A DNA stretch of 33,297 nucleotides from Nemertoderma westbladi. Its lineage: Eukaryota; Animalia; Xenacoelomorpha. The notes below the pieces were generated by a model. That model saw only the letters and a list, made by a program, of their open reading frames with translations, was not told the origin of the DNA and made no database searches. The stretch lies in NCBI GenBank assembly GCA_032718475.1, contig JAUCBJ010007323.1, positions 1 through 33,297 on the forward strand, in the 5' to 3' direction. Positions within the stretch are counted from its first letter, which is position 1. The number at the start of each line of letters is the position of its first letter. Positions 31,537-33,297 of the stretch are shown here, one piece after another. Position numbers and translations under genes: made by a program.

Positions 31537-32489
31537 TGAGCATTGGAAGGATTGAATGGAAACAATAGTCTTGATGTTCCCTCGTAAGCATTTATTTATA
31601 TTCGTACTTATAGAATTGTTACTTACTTCCTGTATTATATAGAACTTTTATAGAATTGATACTTGCTACTATTGGCAGTAATTAAGGGAATTTCGGTATA
31701 TGCCAAGCGTTCCAAGTTATTGTATTATAATATGTATTTTCCTTGGTGCTAAATGTTAATTTCAAATATAAGCGTAACTATATATTTTAGTTATTACTCG
31801 CACCAACTCATCCAATTTATGAATTTAATTTTATTTTATTGAGTATACTTCACTACTTAATATCTGAATACGCGCTTCCCTAGCTATTCCAACTCATATA
31901 TAAGTAATTCTGCTGTCAGACAGATTGTGTCGAATAACACACATATTGAATTAATCACACTTGACTGGGGGGGTTTTCCTGTGTGCAGAGACGTGGATTC
32001 TACTGTTTGTAGTAGATAAGGATGTAAAATGATAACACGGTGTGCAATATGCGATGAAATATATGTCGGAATATTGGGACATAGGTGACACAGGACAAAA
32101 AATGTATCTAATTATTGATAAATAATATAATATAGACAACCCAACATGGGTTAACATAACCTACTATAATGCTACTATAACCAACAATTATAGTAGCTTC
32201 ATGGGGTAAGGTAGGAAATCAGTAGAAAATAAACAGGGTATAAACTGTAGAAACAGGGAGGGGGGTTTGGCGCAAATACCATCTCTGCGGATTAATATTT
32301 CGTTTATAAATTTTGGGAAAAGAGCAGATTTCAGTGGCAAGTTATCCTAATCAAATCAAGTAACGAACCTCAACAGAACAGGTTCCAGTTTCATTTTTGG
32401 AGGTAATATAATCAGTTGTTATTTGCGTCGATTTCCCCTGTTGAGGAATGCGTTTTTATTGCGCCGAAAGTCTCTCCTCCCACCCCCAC

Positions 32490-33297
32490 CCACTTATCTG
32501 AATTTGTAAGCATAATAAATTTATAATATGACAATTGCTACATTACTGGGAAGCGAGTTCGGGTAGAGATGGACAGACTGTACAGAAGGAAAGAACTGCA
32601 AGGATATAGGTAATCACAATCGGAAGTGAGCAAGTGAAAATGGGTTGCGTGGCCACAAATAAGATGATGGAAAGCATTGGATGACGCTCGGTTCACTCAT
32701 GTGAGAAAAAGGGGGCGTGTAGGTTTGGGGGGGGGGGGGGGGGGGGGCTCTAAACAGAACTGCATGCTCAACATTGAGATTCAGTGCTCGAGACGCAATG
32801 GTTCGATTCTCAGAACTAACTATTGAAGGCGCTCAGAAAAAGAATGCAACCGTTTAGAGACGTGCAACCTCACGATACAATCATTGCTTTACATCATTAT
32901 AGGGTGTGAGAAGAGCGAGCAATGGTCCGAGAAGAAAGATGGATAATTTAAGTAACCTCATGGACTGAACAGACAGACGATGTTTAAGTTGAGGCATAAT
33001 ATATCTAACTAATAGAGCAAGGGGAGTGAATCCTATGGGAGGAAACAGTCATATCCACCAAGAGACTTTGACCACAGAAATGAGAGGAAAAGGATTGAAA
33101 AAGTTTACTTGGTAATAGTACTCGGGCACTTCAGCACTGAAACCAACAGGATAAGAGTCGCTACGTTTTAGATCAACACTAACACTTACTCCAGGGATGA
33201 GAAAAGTTATGAGACACCTGATTTTTTTTATTATATATTATCGCAGGAACCTTAGGGGTTTGGAACGAAAAGAGATAAGTAAATTTTAAAATCAGGG
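32490..33297 (-). pseudogene. Possible heavily decayed CR1-like LINE 3' remnant
   Basis: Pyrimidine-rich minus strand; fragment RNPFSL...SLQFFPSV...NSLPSNV resembles the CR1 ORF2 tail (SFFPxxxxxWNSLP). Weak elsewhere. Confidence 0.35.

Noticed and set aside
29868-32748. Poly-G/poly-C runs (~29870-29892, ~30771-30785, ~32726-32747) as functional G-quadruplexes
   Set aside because: Simple homopolymers with no supporting context; their length is error-prone in sequencing.

Overview
AT-rich animal (probably invertebrate) genomic DNA, mostly transposable elements between two host genes. The host genes are the last two coding exons of a Rab27-type GTPase (916-1742, +) and an intronless NDUFA4/COXFA4-like gene (31093-31536, -). 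Between them: a PIF/Harbinger MITE (2539-2730), LINE remnants, and a three-layer nest in which a Helentron/HINE-like element is abutted by an old BEL/Pao-family LTR (6576-~8955) that is itself split by a 9-bp-TSD MULE-like element (7426-8808). Next come an apparently intact TTAA-targeting Kolobok-type DNA transposon (10258-13593), and a ~0.9-1.0 kb local duplication separated by a 17-bp TATA-box minisatellite. The most unusual object is a young 12.5-kb BEL/Pao-type LTR element (17182-29698, -; 1238-bp LTRs about 99% identical, AAATA TSD). It keeps gag and protease but appears to have lost RT, most of RNase H and integrase by two frame-preserving deletions. It carries an extra CCHC zinc-knuckle gene where env would sit. 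It has no tRNA-type PBS; instead the 11 nt abutting the 5' LTR are exactly complementary to an 11-mer inside the LTR, a Tf1-like self-priming geometry. All family calls come from motif recognition by eye; no database search was run.
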